This document shows, in pieces, positions 37,894 through 46,326 of a DNA stretch of 64,000 nt. The translations under genes were made by a program, and so were the position numbers. The first letter of the stretch is position 1. Each line of letters opens with the position of its first letter. This stretch comes from a virus, in IMG/VR virus record IMGVR_UViG_3300020469_003886, positions 28,103 through 92,102 of that record; one strand, given 5' to 3'. The notes beneath the pieces were generated by a model. It made no database searches and was not told where the DNA came from. It saw only the letters and a program-made list of their open reading frames with translations.

Positions 37894-39248
37894 TTTTTTT
37901 TCTTAACTTGATCGCCTGGTTTAACATTAATTGTTTCATCAATATTGATTACTGTTTTGTTTGGTTTTTCTTCTAAACTTTTTTGATAATCTAATTGCTC
38001 TTGAAGTTCTTCTTTTGTTTCTGAAAGTTTTTCACGAAACTCATTTAATTCTTTTTCATGTCTTTTTTTTAGATCTTTAACTTCATTCTGTTTTTGATCT
38101 GGACCACTATATTTTTTAACTAAATCAGGATCATACTGTTTTTCAAATCCTCTTCCAAAACGTCTAATAAGTGACATGTTGGCCGCAATTAAAAGCAAGA
38201 CAGCAAGTGGATCAAACACAACTATAATGATAATAATTACCCAACGCACTGCCGCTTCTAATAAGTTTTGATTTGCTTCTTGACCATATACAAATTCTGC
38301 AATGTATTTTAATGGACCAACTTCAACTTCCAACTGTGCTTGTTTACTCATCAACACAATTTTATCTTCGTTAACTTGATCAATTTTATCTTGTTCTGCT
38401 TCAATTTGGTCTTCTAGTGCAATAATTTTACCTTCTATATCACCTGTCTTTGTGTTTGCTTGACTTTTGTAATTATTAATAATTTTTTCAATACTTGTAA
38501 TTTGGTCTACATATTTGGCATCAACACCAGCAAGATCTTCTTTTAATTTATTTTGTATTTTAACTATAAGTTTTTGTGCCGCTGATGCTACTGATAGTTC
38601 ATTTGCTGTTGCTTTTGCTATTGCTTCATCTAAACCTTTTTTGCTAAATGCACCTTTAAAACGTTCTTGTGCCGCGGCTATGTCAGCCTCTTTACGTTCT
38701 TGTGCTTGTTTTAATCTGTTGTTTTGTAGTTCAATATCTTTGTCTGCTTGATCTCTTAATGCTTGTTTTTCAACATCGATACGTGCATACAGTTTGTCTA
38801 GCTCTACTTGTTCTTTGTCAATTAATATATCAACTCTAACATCTTCACCAGAGACAAGTCTTTCAATATCAGATGACCAACGATCTATTCTGTTTTCAGA
38901 ACGTAATAACTTTTCTTCAATGGTTGCTAATTTTTCTGTGCCAATTGTACCTAGTGATGTTTGCTCAACGTGTGCTTTTGATAAGAAACCAAATATACCC
39001 ATTGACGTAATAAACATCAATACCACAACTGCTATCGATAGATATGCTTTTATAAACTTTGGTGCTACTTTCCAGTTTTGGTACAACCATGAGGCTGTCA
39101 CAAGTTTTCCAACTTCTAATACAGATCCCATCACCATGATTGGTATGGCCGCACCTGCAAAGATAGCCGCCAAGCCTAGTATGGAGTAGTATATTGCAAC
39201 TGCCGAAATACTCAAAGCAGTCAATAATGTTAATATTGCCATAAACAT
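37887..39248 (-). CDS. Membrane-anchored coiled-coil protein (jumbo-phage conserved type)
   Basis: N-terminal TMs (LEVGKLV, TSMGIFGFLSKAH), long coiled coil, EVGPLKYIA, VFDPLAV TM. Confidence 0.8.
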   Translation of the reverse strand: MFMAILTLLTALSISAVAIYYSILGLAAIFAGAAIPIMVMGSVLEVGKLVTASWLYQNWKVAPKFIKAYLSIAVVVLMFITSMGIFGFLSKAHVEQTSLGTIGTEKLATIEEKLLRSENRIDRWSSDIERLVSGEDVRVDILIDKEQVELDKLYARIDVEKQALRDQADKDIELQNNRLKQAQERKEADIAAAQERFKGAFSKKGLDEAIAKATANELSVASAAQKLIVKIQNKLKEDLAGVDAKYVDQITSIEKIINNYKSQANTKTGDIEGKIIALEDQIEAEQDKIDQVNEDKIVLMSKQAQLEVEVGPLKYIAEFVYGQEANQNLLEAAVRWVIIIIIVVFDPLAVLLLIAANMSLIRRFGRGFEKQYDPDLVKKYSGPDQKQNEVKDLKKRHEKELNEFREKLSETKEELQEQLDYQKSLEEKPNKTVINIDETINVKPGDQVKKKKD

Positions 39249-39280
39249 AACAATATTATTTATGTAAAAAAACGGTGGTT

Positions 39281-39733
39281 TTATTCAATGCTGTAGATTG
39301 CACTGTTGGCTCCATGCTCTGCACATTCAACACTTACAACATAACAACGATTGTCTGTTGCTTCTCTTATAAGCCCATCTGCATATTCAAAGGCATGTTG
39401 AGCAAACTTTTCTGCACCAACACCATCAAATAATCTAACTTCTGCAAGGTCTTTGTCTTGCAGTTCCATGAACGTTGATAAGTGTGGATCATTTTTGTCT
39501 AAACAAAGTTTGTGATCAAAATGATCTTCAAGCCATTTTTTCAAAGGTTTTAGTCCACCAAAGTCAACTGCCCAATTTTTATTATCAAGATCTGTACATC
39601 CAAAAGTAAATTTAAATGCTAAACTATATCCATGTAATAAGTGACAGTGAGAATGGTCTGCGTTAGGTTGTCTGAACACTGCTGATAAGCCAATGTTGTG
39701 TCCGTATGTTTTTGTACTATAATGTTTTGCCAT
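39281..39733 (-). CDS. queD: 6-carboxytetrahydropterin synthase (QueD/PTPS family)
   Basis: SHC.LLHGY, W.VDFGGLK, FDH, E...NSAIY. Confidence 0.88.
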   Translation of the reverse strand: MAKHYSTKTYGHNIGLSAVFRQPNADHSHCHLLHGYSLAFKFTFGCTDLDNKNWAVDFGGLKPLKKWLEDHFDHKLCLDKNDPHLSTFMELQDKDLAEVRLFDGVGAEKFAQHAFEYADGLIREATDNRCYVVSVECAEHGANSAIYSIE

Positions 39734-39738
39734 AATGG

Positions 39739-39790
39739 CCTCCTATTTCTAACGGCAGAGTGTTTAGTGAGGGTTGACGTTTAGTCCTCA
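39739..39790 (-). ncRNA. Candidate preQ1-I-like pseudoknot leader of queD
   Basis: P1 UGAGG/CCUCA with a 13 nt loop ending in C; loop AACG can pair with CGUU just 5' of the SD. Confidence 0.4.
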
Positions 39791-39798
39791 AATGCAAA

Positions 39799-39846
39799 AT
39801 GCGTTGTAGCATATTGTTATAATACACTAAACAACGCATCTTGTCA
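39799..39846 (-). promoter_or_regulatory. queD sigma70 promoter overlapped by a 9 bp inverted repeat
   Basis: TTGACA..TATTAT; ATGCGTTGT-N23-ACAACGCAT (operator or terminator hairpin). Confidence 0.55.
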
Positions 39847-39852
39847 AGAAGA

Positions 39853-40056
39853 TTACTTATGTGGGTCAAAATCTTTAGTTATTTTAGATTCTTTACCCTT
39901 AAAGTAGTGTTTTGATGGTTCGTAGGATAACCACCTTTTAAAACTCTTCACCTGATCCGACTGGTCGGCTGGTTCTCGCAATGATCTTCGCTGTTTACTA
40001 AACACAGCACCGAACATTAAGATCCCGTCGCCCATGGATCTAAATATCTTTTCCAT
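39853..40056 (-). CDS. Small protein with YxPxxHYxxG motif
   Basis: GGAG SD; YEPSKHYFKG; TATAAGTA promoter upstream. Confidence 0.6.
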   Translation of the reverse strand: MEKIFRSMGDGILMFGAVFSKQRRSLREPADQSDQVKSFKRWLSYEPSKHYFKGKESKITKDFDPHK

Positions 40057-40181
40057 AGACTGTCTCCAAATTATTGTTAATGGGATCGCTTACCGTCTTT
40101 TGATGTGATCTGAGGCGTTGGGCTTTCTACCAAATGTACTTATATTTTTTTCTCAAAAGAAGCCTATAATAGGCTGGTTTC

Positions 40182-40352
40182 TTAAAGATAAAATCTGTTG
40201 TACAATGAACGGAAACTTCCTCCGTTAAATTGACGTCTATCTAACTCACGTTGACGTCTTTCTAAGTCAGCGAGATCATTTGCTTTTGACAAATATACTT
40301 CTTCCTGTGTCATTGATAGTTTACGTAACCAATTTTTTACTGCTTTAATCAT
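40182..40352 (-). CDS. DUF3563-like microprotein (56 aa)
   Basis: Manual translation MIKAVKNWLRKLSMTQEEVYLSKANDLADLERRQRELDRR... Confidence 0.75.
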   Translation of the reverse strand: MIKAVKNWLRKLSMTQEEVYLSKANDLADLERRQRELDRRQFNGGSFRSLYNRFYL

Positions 40353-40501
40353 TTAACTTTTTTTCCTCTTTTCAACATTTGGTAAGCATACAGTGGGTCG
40401 TTTCTAAATTCTGTTACTGCATACTGCCACAATGGGTCTGCTGTGTTACTGTGCATTGGAGCACTTGTTAGGCTACTCCAAAGTTCTTTTAAATATTTCA
40501 T
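40349..40501 (-). CDS. Microprotein (50 aa)
   Basis: Manual translation MKYLKELWSSLTSAPMHSNTADPLWQYAVTEFRNDPLYAYQMLKRGKKVK; TAATG and ATGA coupling. Confidence 0.7.
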   Translation of the reverse strand: MKYLKELWSSLTSAPMHSNTADPLWQYAVTEFRNDPLYAYQMLKRGKKVK

Positions 40502-40557
40502 TACCTGTTCTTTCTCTTACTGATCCAATCGATCTCTTCTTCTGTATAAGGCCACAT
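40501..40557 (-). CDS. 18 aa micropeptide MWPYTEEEIDWISKRKNR
   Basis: AGGAG SD 8 nt upstream; stop overlaps the next ATG. Confidence 0.65.
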   Translation of the reverse strand: MWPYTEEEIDWISKRKNR

Positions 40558-40679
40558 TGCCTATTCTCCTCTGTCATTAATGATAGATTATATGATATGT
40601 GTGGTATCACTACCAAACATATTTATAGTTAATATAACACAAAAAATAGGATTTACAACTGTTTTTAACGCAAAGCAGA

Positions 40680-40728
40680 TATGCGATTTTGCTATAGCAA
40701 GTTGCTTGTTACTATGCAGTTTTGTTAT
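40680..40728. promoter_or_regulatory. Tandem LysR-type T-N11-A boxes
   Basis: TATGCGATTTTGCTAT and TATGCAGTTTTGTTAT, 13/16 identical, 33 bp period. Confidence 0.5.
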
Positions 40729-40730
40729 GT

Positions 40731-41153
40731 CTACTCTTTTATAGATATACTCATAGAACGACACGATCCTTCTACCTGAGCCATTGCTTGTTCTATAGTA
40801 AAAGCATTCATGTCTTCCATTTTTTCTTCTGCAATTTTTTTAATTTGTTCTCTAGTAATATACTTAATTGTTCCTCGACCAGGTGTTTTACCACCTTTTT
40901 TAAGACCAACTGCTTTTAGTATAAAATAGGTAACGGGTGGTTTTTTAAGAACAAATGTAAAGCTCTTGTCTTTATAAACTGTGATTAGGCAGGGTATAGG
41001 TCCTTCTAGGGCTTTTGTCTTGTCATTAAAGCTCTTACAAAAGTCCATGATGTTAACACCACGTTGGCCAAGAGCTGGTCCAACTGGTGGGGCTGGTTTA
41101 GCCTGTCCTGCCTCTATGATTAACTTTAGAGTACCAGTTACTTCTTTCGCCAT
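40731..41153 (-). CDS. rplK: Ribosomal protein uL11
   Basis: PAPPVGPALGQRGVNIMDFCK.FN, ITVYKDKSF.F..K.PP, G..RSM. Confidence 0.95.
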   Translation of the reverse strand: MAKEVTGTLKLIIEAGQAKPAPPVGPALGQRGVNIMDFCKSFNDKTKALEGPIPCLITVYKDKSFTFVLKKPPVTYFILKAVGLKKGGKTPGRGTIKYITREQIKKIAEEKMEDMNAFTIEQAMAQVEGSCRSMSISIKE

Positions 41154-41172
41154 AAACCTCCAAGGTTATGTA

Positions 41173-41427
41173 TTATGCTGATTCAGTATTTGATTCAGCA
41201 GGTTGTTCGTCACTAGTTGCTTCAGCAATTACTTTTAATTGTGTTGCAACAGGCTTACCTTTGTGTTCAGCAACAACAAATTCCATTGCTTGACCTTGAT
41301 CTACTTTCGTAATGTTTGCTTCTTTAAATGCAGAAACATGTACGAAAACATCGTTACCGCCTTCATCTGGTACTATGAATCCAAAACCTTTTGCCGCATT
41401 GTACCATTTTAATTTACCTGTACTCAT
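41173..41427 (-). CDS. Cold-shock domain protein
   Basis: KWYN..KGFGFI, DVFVHVSA. Confidence 0.95.
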   Translation of the reverse strand: MSTGKLKWYNAAKGFGFIVPDEGGNDVFVHVSAFKEANITKVDQGQAMEFVVAEHKGKPVATQLKVIAEATSDEQPAESNTESA

Positions 41428-41657
41428 CTGTACTCCTTATTATAGTATACTCTGTAAGCACCGTTTGTAGGCAGTAGCTCACAATTTTTTAAACTGTCGT
41501 TGGCTTCAACCCACAGTTCAAATTCTTCTTTGATCTTACCTTGTCCTGTAATAACAGTAACATACTTAAGACCTTGATGCTTGTTTTCGTGTACAAACTT
41601 TGTGAACACTCTCCAAGCGTCTTGTACATAATAACCGTGTAAATCTATTCTCGCCAT
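41424..41657 (-). CDS. Stand-alone Smr-domain protein
   Basis: IDLHG, VITGQG, NGA..V. Confidence 0.85.
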   Translation of the reverse strand: MARIDLHGYYVQDAWRVFTKFVHENKHQGLKYVTVITGQGKIKEEFELWVEANDSLKNCELLPTNGAYRVYYNKEYR

Positions 41658-41683
41658 TATATACTAACTTTATTTATAGCAAC

Positions 41684-42094
41684 CTATATTTTTCCAGCCT
41701 CTAACAACCGTTTACGGTTCTTTAAATGCTGTTCTTCTATATCTTCTTTGCTTTGTCCATTATATAATACTGCATAGTGTTCGTCAACCATTATTTTATT
41801 AATAGTTGAATCTTTCCAAACTAGCTCTGCTAGGATTCGGCCAAACTTACCAGTTGCGTCTTTGTATGTTCTTAATGTTGCCATACTGCCTACAGGATAA
41901 TGATCTTTTAGATATTGTTTTGATAATAGGCCAAAACGTTTTTCTTCTTTATCTCTGGTTCTTGATTCTGGAGTATCTATGCCTAATAATCTTAGACGTT
42001 CTTTGTGTCTCCAAATTCCAAAACCAAGATCAATATCAACATCAACAGTATCACCGTCAATCACTCTTAGTATTTTACATTTATATTCGTGCAT
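41684..42094 (-). CDS. Thermonuclease (SNase family)
   Basis: RVIDGDT, RLLGIDTPE, GKFGRIL. Confidence 0.92.
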   Translation of the reverse strand: MHEYKCKILRVIDGDTVDVDIDLGFGIWRHKERLRLLGIDTPESRTRDKEEKRFGLLSKQYLKDHYPVGSMATLRTYKDATGKFGRILAELVWKDSTINKIMVDEHYAVLYNGQSKEDIEEQHLKNRKRLLEAGKI

Positions 42095-42791
42095 GTGTTT
42101 TTATATTTCCTATCGTTTCCTTTATTTCTTCATTTTTAGGATCAAATGTATTTATTTGAGCTACAACATAATATACTGTTTGCTCACTTAAATTCCTTGC
42201 TGTAAAATAGTTACCAGAATCTAGCAATAATGCTTTGCCAGGTTGACAAGGTATTTTACCTATATAGTCTTTATCTTTTAATTTAGTTTTATCCATTGGA
42301 TTAGGATTAAACATAGCCACATTGTAATATTGTGGCTTATCAAACATAAATTTAACTACGTTAAAATTGTGTTTATCAGTTTCTTTGTTTTTGTGAAGTT
42401 CTATGTAACCTTGAGTTTCTAATGCCATAATTTCTATTTTTTGATTTGGCCCTACGTTACATTTAGTTGAAAATATTTCTTTAAACCAAGTTGTCATTGC
42501 AAAACAGTTTTCAGTTACTGTTTGATTCCATTCACCGTCATACAATGTGAGACTTTTCCAACCTTGACTGTATTCATTTTTATGAACATTAAAAAAGTTA
42601 AGAGTTTCTAAATTTTTTATTTCTTTTTCCCAAGTTTGCCAACTGTATCCAATATCTAATTCTATCCAAGGTAAATTTTTAATTGGCATTTCATCGTTTT
42701 CAGATTCAATAACTTTTTGTATCTTGTAGTGCTCTCTATTTATTAAAGGAAGAGTCCAGACACCATTGCCTAAATAATCAGGTATAAACAT
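42081..42791 (-). CDS. Hypothetical protein, possibly degenerate Asp/Asn beta-hydroxylase-like cupin
   Basis: GWKSLTLY, IMAL...GYI..H, N.S...Y pattern; metal ligands look incomplete. Confidence 0.4.
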   Translation of the reverse strand: MFIPDYLGNGVWTLPLINREHYKIQKVIESENDEMPIKNLPWIELDIGYSWQTWEKEIKNLETLNFFNVHKNEYSQGWKSLTLYDGEWNQTVTENCFAMTTWFKEIFSTKCNVGPNQKIEIMALETQGYIELHKNKETDKHNFNVVKFMFDKPQYYNVAMFNPNPMDKTKLKDKDYIGKIPCQPGKALLLDSGNYFTARNLSEQTVYYVVAQINTFDPKNEEIKETIGNIKTHARI

Positions 42792-42797
42792 TTTATT

Positions 42798-42980
42798 TTA
42801 TGTGTTTTGTAATTCAGAAGTAGTTTCAATATCAGATATTTTATCTTTTAACCAAAGTTTATGTTTTTTCATTACTATAAGTCTGTTGTCATCTACTTGA
42901 TTTGTGTCTAACATTTTTTCAATTGCTGTGTGCAATTTTGCATGTTGTTGTTTTAACTTTTCCAATTCTGGATTAGACAT
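42798..42980 (-). CDS. DUF465/YdcH-family protein
   Basis: H..L...I...MKKHKLWLKDKI. Confidence 0.8.
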   Translation of the reverse strand: MSNPELEKLKQQHAKLHTAIEKMLDTNQVDDNRLIVMKKHKLWLKDKISDIETTSELQNT

Positions 42981-42982
42981 GG

Positions 42983-43180
42983 TTATTTTAAATCCTTGTC
43001 TTCTTTTTCGTTAACAGTTAAAATAACTTTGGCGCCATTGTTTTCAGATAATTCATAAACTAACTCGCCTGTTGCTTCACCGTTTCCAAGTTCTCCAGTA
43101 TCATATAGATATTGTGCAAACGCATCTACCACTTGTTGATTTGTTAGTTCAAACGTTTTTTTATTTTTATTTTTTGCCAT
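42983..43180 (-). CDS. Hypothetical protein
   Basis: 65 aa ORF; AGGA SD. Confidence 0.65.
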   Translation of the reverse strand: MAKNKNKKTFELTNQQVVDAFAQYLYDTGELGNGEATGELVYELSENNGAKVILTVNEKEDKDLK

Positions 43181-43211
43181 TTTAAATATCCTACTAGTTG
43201 TTATTTATCAA

Positions 43212-43703
43212 TTACAAATAATTTCTTACTTGGATTAATCTCAACAACATTTTTGTGTCCTCATTAATATATAATGTTTGTAGTTTTTCAGCATATCGAC
43301 ATTTGTCCATATACTCTTTGTACTCAATGTTTTTATCTTCTGTTGTGTGTAACCATTCTTCTTTAAACTGACTGTAGGTTGTATCCACATCTTTCCATGC
43401 ATCTGTACGTTGTGTTCTTAAATCAGCCCACCAGTTATATAGTATTTTAATTTCTTGTAATGCAGATTGATAATGAGGCTCTTTGGCTTTTTGTGAGTGT
43501 AGCCATTCAATACCTTGTAGACCTTTTTCTTTGTTTTTGTAAGATGTATCTTGTGTGCCTGTGTATATCTGTGCAATATAATATTCAACAAAATTTTGTA
43601 AATGAGTAAAACTGTCGTATAGTATTTGATCACCAGTAGAAATTGGTTCAGACTTATCCGGAACTGTGTGAAACCACTGGCGAAGAATATTTACTATTGA
43701 CAT
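43212..43703 (-). CDS. Hypothetical protein
   Basis: LYNWW...R, ML.RLI..R; leaderless promoter geometry. Confidence 0.65.
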   Translation of the reverse strand: MSIVNILRQWFHTVPDKSEPISTGDQILYDSFTHLQNFVEYYIAQIYTGTQDTSYKNKEKGLQGIEWLHSQKAKEPHYQSALQEIKILYNWWADLRTQRTDAWKDVDTTYSQFKEEWLHTTEDKNIEYKEYMDKCRYAEKLQTLYINEDTKMLLRLIQVRNYL

Positions 43704-43733
43704 AACTTATTGTAGCATAAAAACAGATTTAAA

Positions 43734-44594
43734 TCAATCGTCTTTTTTGACCAAAGTAAATTGTTCTGCTATATTGCCTTGGAATTGATAAGATCCATAA
43801 TGATCTAAATTTATAGAAGGATCCATCCAAATTTCTCCACCCATTTTTTGCCAACGTCTACAAAATGTATAATCTTCTGAAAGATAACGTCTTGTTTCTG
43901 GTTCAATCATTGTGTCAAACAATGCATAAAAATATGGATTCAATACTGGGTCTGTATTGAGATCATTGTTGTATCTTGTTTCAGGATATTCGTTAATCAT
44001 TTTATCAATAACTTCTCTCTTGATCATCATAAATCCTGTACCTGCATCTAACACAGGAATTAATCCTTGAACTAGCGGAATTTCTTGAGAATCAGTATGC
44101 TCACGTTTTATATTCAAAGCATACGATGCCTGAAACTTTGCAAGTTCAAATGGATCAGTTGGTTTTTGATTTGTTGCTACTCCATGCACTGCTGGCCAAT
44201 TAATTGATTTTTTAGGATATGCTCCAGTGACAATTTCTTTGTTTCTGTGCAATAACTTAATGATATCTTGAGGATCAAATCCAACATCAGCATCAATAAA
44301 CATTAAATGTGTAAACTGTGGATCTTTTAAAAACATTGCTGTAAGAGTATTACGAGCTCTTGTAACTAGACTTTCATTTGATAGTGTTGCTAGTGTAAAA
44401 TTTAGTCCATAGTGTTTAAAAAGAATTGCAAGACCTGTCATTGCTTTTAAAAATGGTTCACCAACCATACCACCGTAACACGGTGTTGCAACCATAACGT
44501 GAGCTTTTCTTAACTCCTCTATGTCAACGTCAATACGTGTATTCATGTTTTGACTCAGTGGTTGGTTTAATTTTGTTTTATCTTTTTTACTCAT
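43734..44594 (-). CDS. GT2-like glycosyltransferase
   Basis: ATPCYGG, ESLVTRARN, FIDAD, GTGFMMI, SEDY.FC. Confidence 0.75.
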   Translation of the reverse strand: MSKKDKTKLNQPLSQNMNTRIDVDIEELRKAHVMVATPCYGGMVGEPFLKAMTGLAILFKHYGLNFTLATLSNESLVTRARNTLTAMFLKDPQFTHLMFIDADVGFDPQDIIKLLHRNKEIVTGAYPKKSINWPAVHGVATNQKPTDPFELAKFQASYALNIKREHTDSQEIPLVQGLIPVLDAGTGFMMIKREVIDKMINEYPETRYNNDLNTDPVLNPYFYALFDTMIEPETRRYLSEDYTFCRRWQKMGGEIWMDPSINLDHYGSYQFQGNIAEQFTLVKKDD

Positions 44595-44597
44595 TTA

Positions 44598-44963
44598 TTA
44601 ATCTCCTGTTCCAGGGTTTTCAGAAAGAAGATCTCTTTTGGATTTTTGGTCTGGCATTTTATCTGGACCATATTCTTCTGCTTCTGGTAACGCATCTTTC
44701 TTTTTTGTTATATTTGGCCATGTCTTACTGTACTCAGTATTTATGTGTATCCAATAGTCTAATTCACTTTTTGCAATATTTGGATCTGTATCTGCCACAA
44801 TTGCATCAACAGGACACTCTGGTTCGCATACACCACAGTCTATACATTCATCTGGATTGATTGCTAAAAAGTTTTCACCTTCGTAAAAACAATCAACTGG
44901 ACAAACTTCAACACAGTCTGTATGTTTACATTTTATACACTCATCTTTTACTATGTACGTCAT
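44598..44963 (-). CDS. fdxA: 7Fe ferredoxin (FdxA type)
   Basis: [38 protein letters not shown]; C-terminus PG.GD. Confidence 0.93.
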   Translation of the reverse strand: MTYIVKDECIKCKHTDCVEVCPVDCFYEGENFLAINPDECIDCGVCEPECPVDAIVADTDPNIAKSELDYWIHINTEYSKTWPNITKKKDALPEAEEYGPDKMPDQKSKRDLLSENPGTGD

Positions 44964-45002
44964 ACTGATATACTACTATAGATTATTAAAAAAGTCAAGG
45001 AT

Positions 45003-45632
45003 TTAACTAATAATTTGATCCCACTGTGGTCTTGGCTTGTCAGGATGTTTATGTTCATTTGATTCTGTTTCATTTGCAAAACCAAATCCTACCATTACTA
45101 CAGGTGAACCTTTTATGTCTAAATATTCTTTTAAACAATCATTGTCAAAACAACCACAAAAACCACTTTGTACTCCAAGTGACTCTGCTGTTATAATTGA
45201 ATTCCAGCAAGACAATCCAACATCTAAATAATCATTATCAATTGGATCACCATCGTCAAAATACCAAACAAATAGTAAAGGTGCAAGTGTTTGCCCATTT
45301 ATTTGTGTTCTCAATATTTTTTGGTCTCTCCAACTATGTGCTTCACTAACTGATCTTGGTGATCTTGAAACCATTAAATCAGTGTTGTCATCACTGTAGT
45401 GAACTTCTTTATCAGACACTGTACAAACATATTCATACAAACCTAATTTAGCACGTCTGTGTTCTAAACTTTGTCCTAGTATTTTAACTTTAAAGTTGTA
45501 TCTATTATTACAAGATGGTGTTTGTGCTACTGATTTTTTTATCAGCTCTGTAATATGTTCTGGTATAGGATTGCCGTCAAAATATTTAACTGTAGTTCTG
45601 TTTTCTAGTATTTTTTCTAATTGTTCTAACAT
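45003..45632 (-). CDS. Nitroreductase-family protein
   Basis: RTTVKYF, TPS..N, D.G....I.AESLGVQSGFCG.F. Confidence 0.75.
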   Translation of the reverse strand: MLEQLEKILENRTTVKYFDGNPIPEHITELIKKSVAQTPSCNNRYNFKVKILGQSLEHRRAKLGLYEYVCTVSDKEVHYSDDNTDLMVSRSPRSVSEAHSWRDQKILRTQINGQTLAPLLFVWYFDDGDPIDNDYLDVGLSCWNSIITAESLGVQSGFCGCFDNDCLKEYLDIKGSPVVMVGFGFANETESNEHKHPDKPRPQWDQIIS

Positions 45633-45677
45633 GCAAATATTTATGTATTAAGTGTTGCTATTATATACTTTTATATC

Positions 45678-45767
45678 TGGCGGAGAGAGTGAGATTCGAA
45701 CTCACGAAAGAGTTGCCCCTTTGCCGGTTTTCAAGACCGGTGCTTTCAACCGCTCAGCCATCTCTCC
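45678..45767 (-). tRNA. tRNA-Ser(TGA)
   Basis: GGAGAGA..CCGGT CT TGA AA ACCGG, long variable arm, TCTCTCC G CCA. Confidence 0.97.
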
Positions 45768-45779
45768 GTATAATAATAC

Positions 45780-46325
45780 TTATGTCATCATAGGTTGTGA
45801 TAACTTGTCTAGTACTTCTTCCTTAAACAGTTTACAACCTTTGGCAACATTTTTTTCCCATTCATTTGATGCGTTGTCATCTGCTGAATCAGAAATATAT
45901 TTGTAACATAAAAATTCAACGTTGTGTTTTTTACAAATTTTTGCTATGGCGTATGCTTCCATATCTACAATATCACAATCTATTTTTGGCTTTGATGTAG
46001 CAAATGTATCTCCTGTACCACAAACAACTTCTGGTGTACCTAACATAATATCTTTTTCAAAAGGTGTTTGTCCTAATTTAAAACCTTGAGGTGTTGCATC
46101 CATATCTCTATCAACAAAACCAGTTACTTGAACTAATCCATTAATTTCTTTTTTTAAAGTGCCCGCGGTACCATAATTAATGATTAACTTTGGTTTGTAA
46201 TCTTTTATTATTTGTTCTGTTGTTGCGGCCGCATTTACTTTTCCAACGCCTGTGAAAAAAACTTCTGTATTATACAGTCCATCTACTTCTTGGGGTAAAG
46301 CACAAAGTATTTTTACGTTATTCAT
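45780..46325 (-). CDS. mtnN: MTA/SAH nucleosidase
   Basis: GVGKVNAA, NYGTAG, TGD.F, DMEAYA, KYISD.AD. Confidence 0.85.
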   Translation of the reverse strand: MNNVKILCALPQEVDGLYNTEVFFTGVGKVNAAATTEQIIKDYKPKLIINYGTAGTLKKEINGLVQVTGFVDRDMDATPQGFKLGQTPFEKDIMLGTPEVVCGTGDTFATSKPKIDCDIVDMEAYAIAKICKKHNVEFLCYKYISDSADDNASNEWEKNVAKGCKLFKEEVLDKLSQPMMT

Positions 46326-46326
46326 G

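Noticed and set aside
40057-40146. Glutamine (glnA-type) riboswitch in the leader of 39853-40056
   Set aside because: Only a GACGG fragment resembles it; the CGUUCA element and a convincing three-stem fold are absent.
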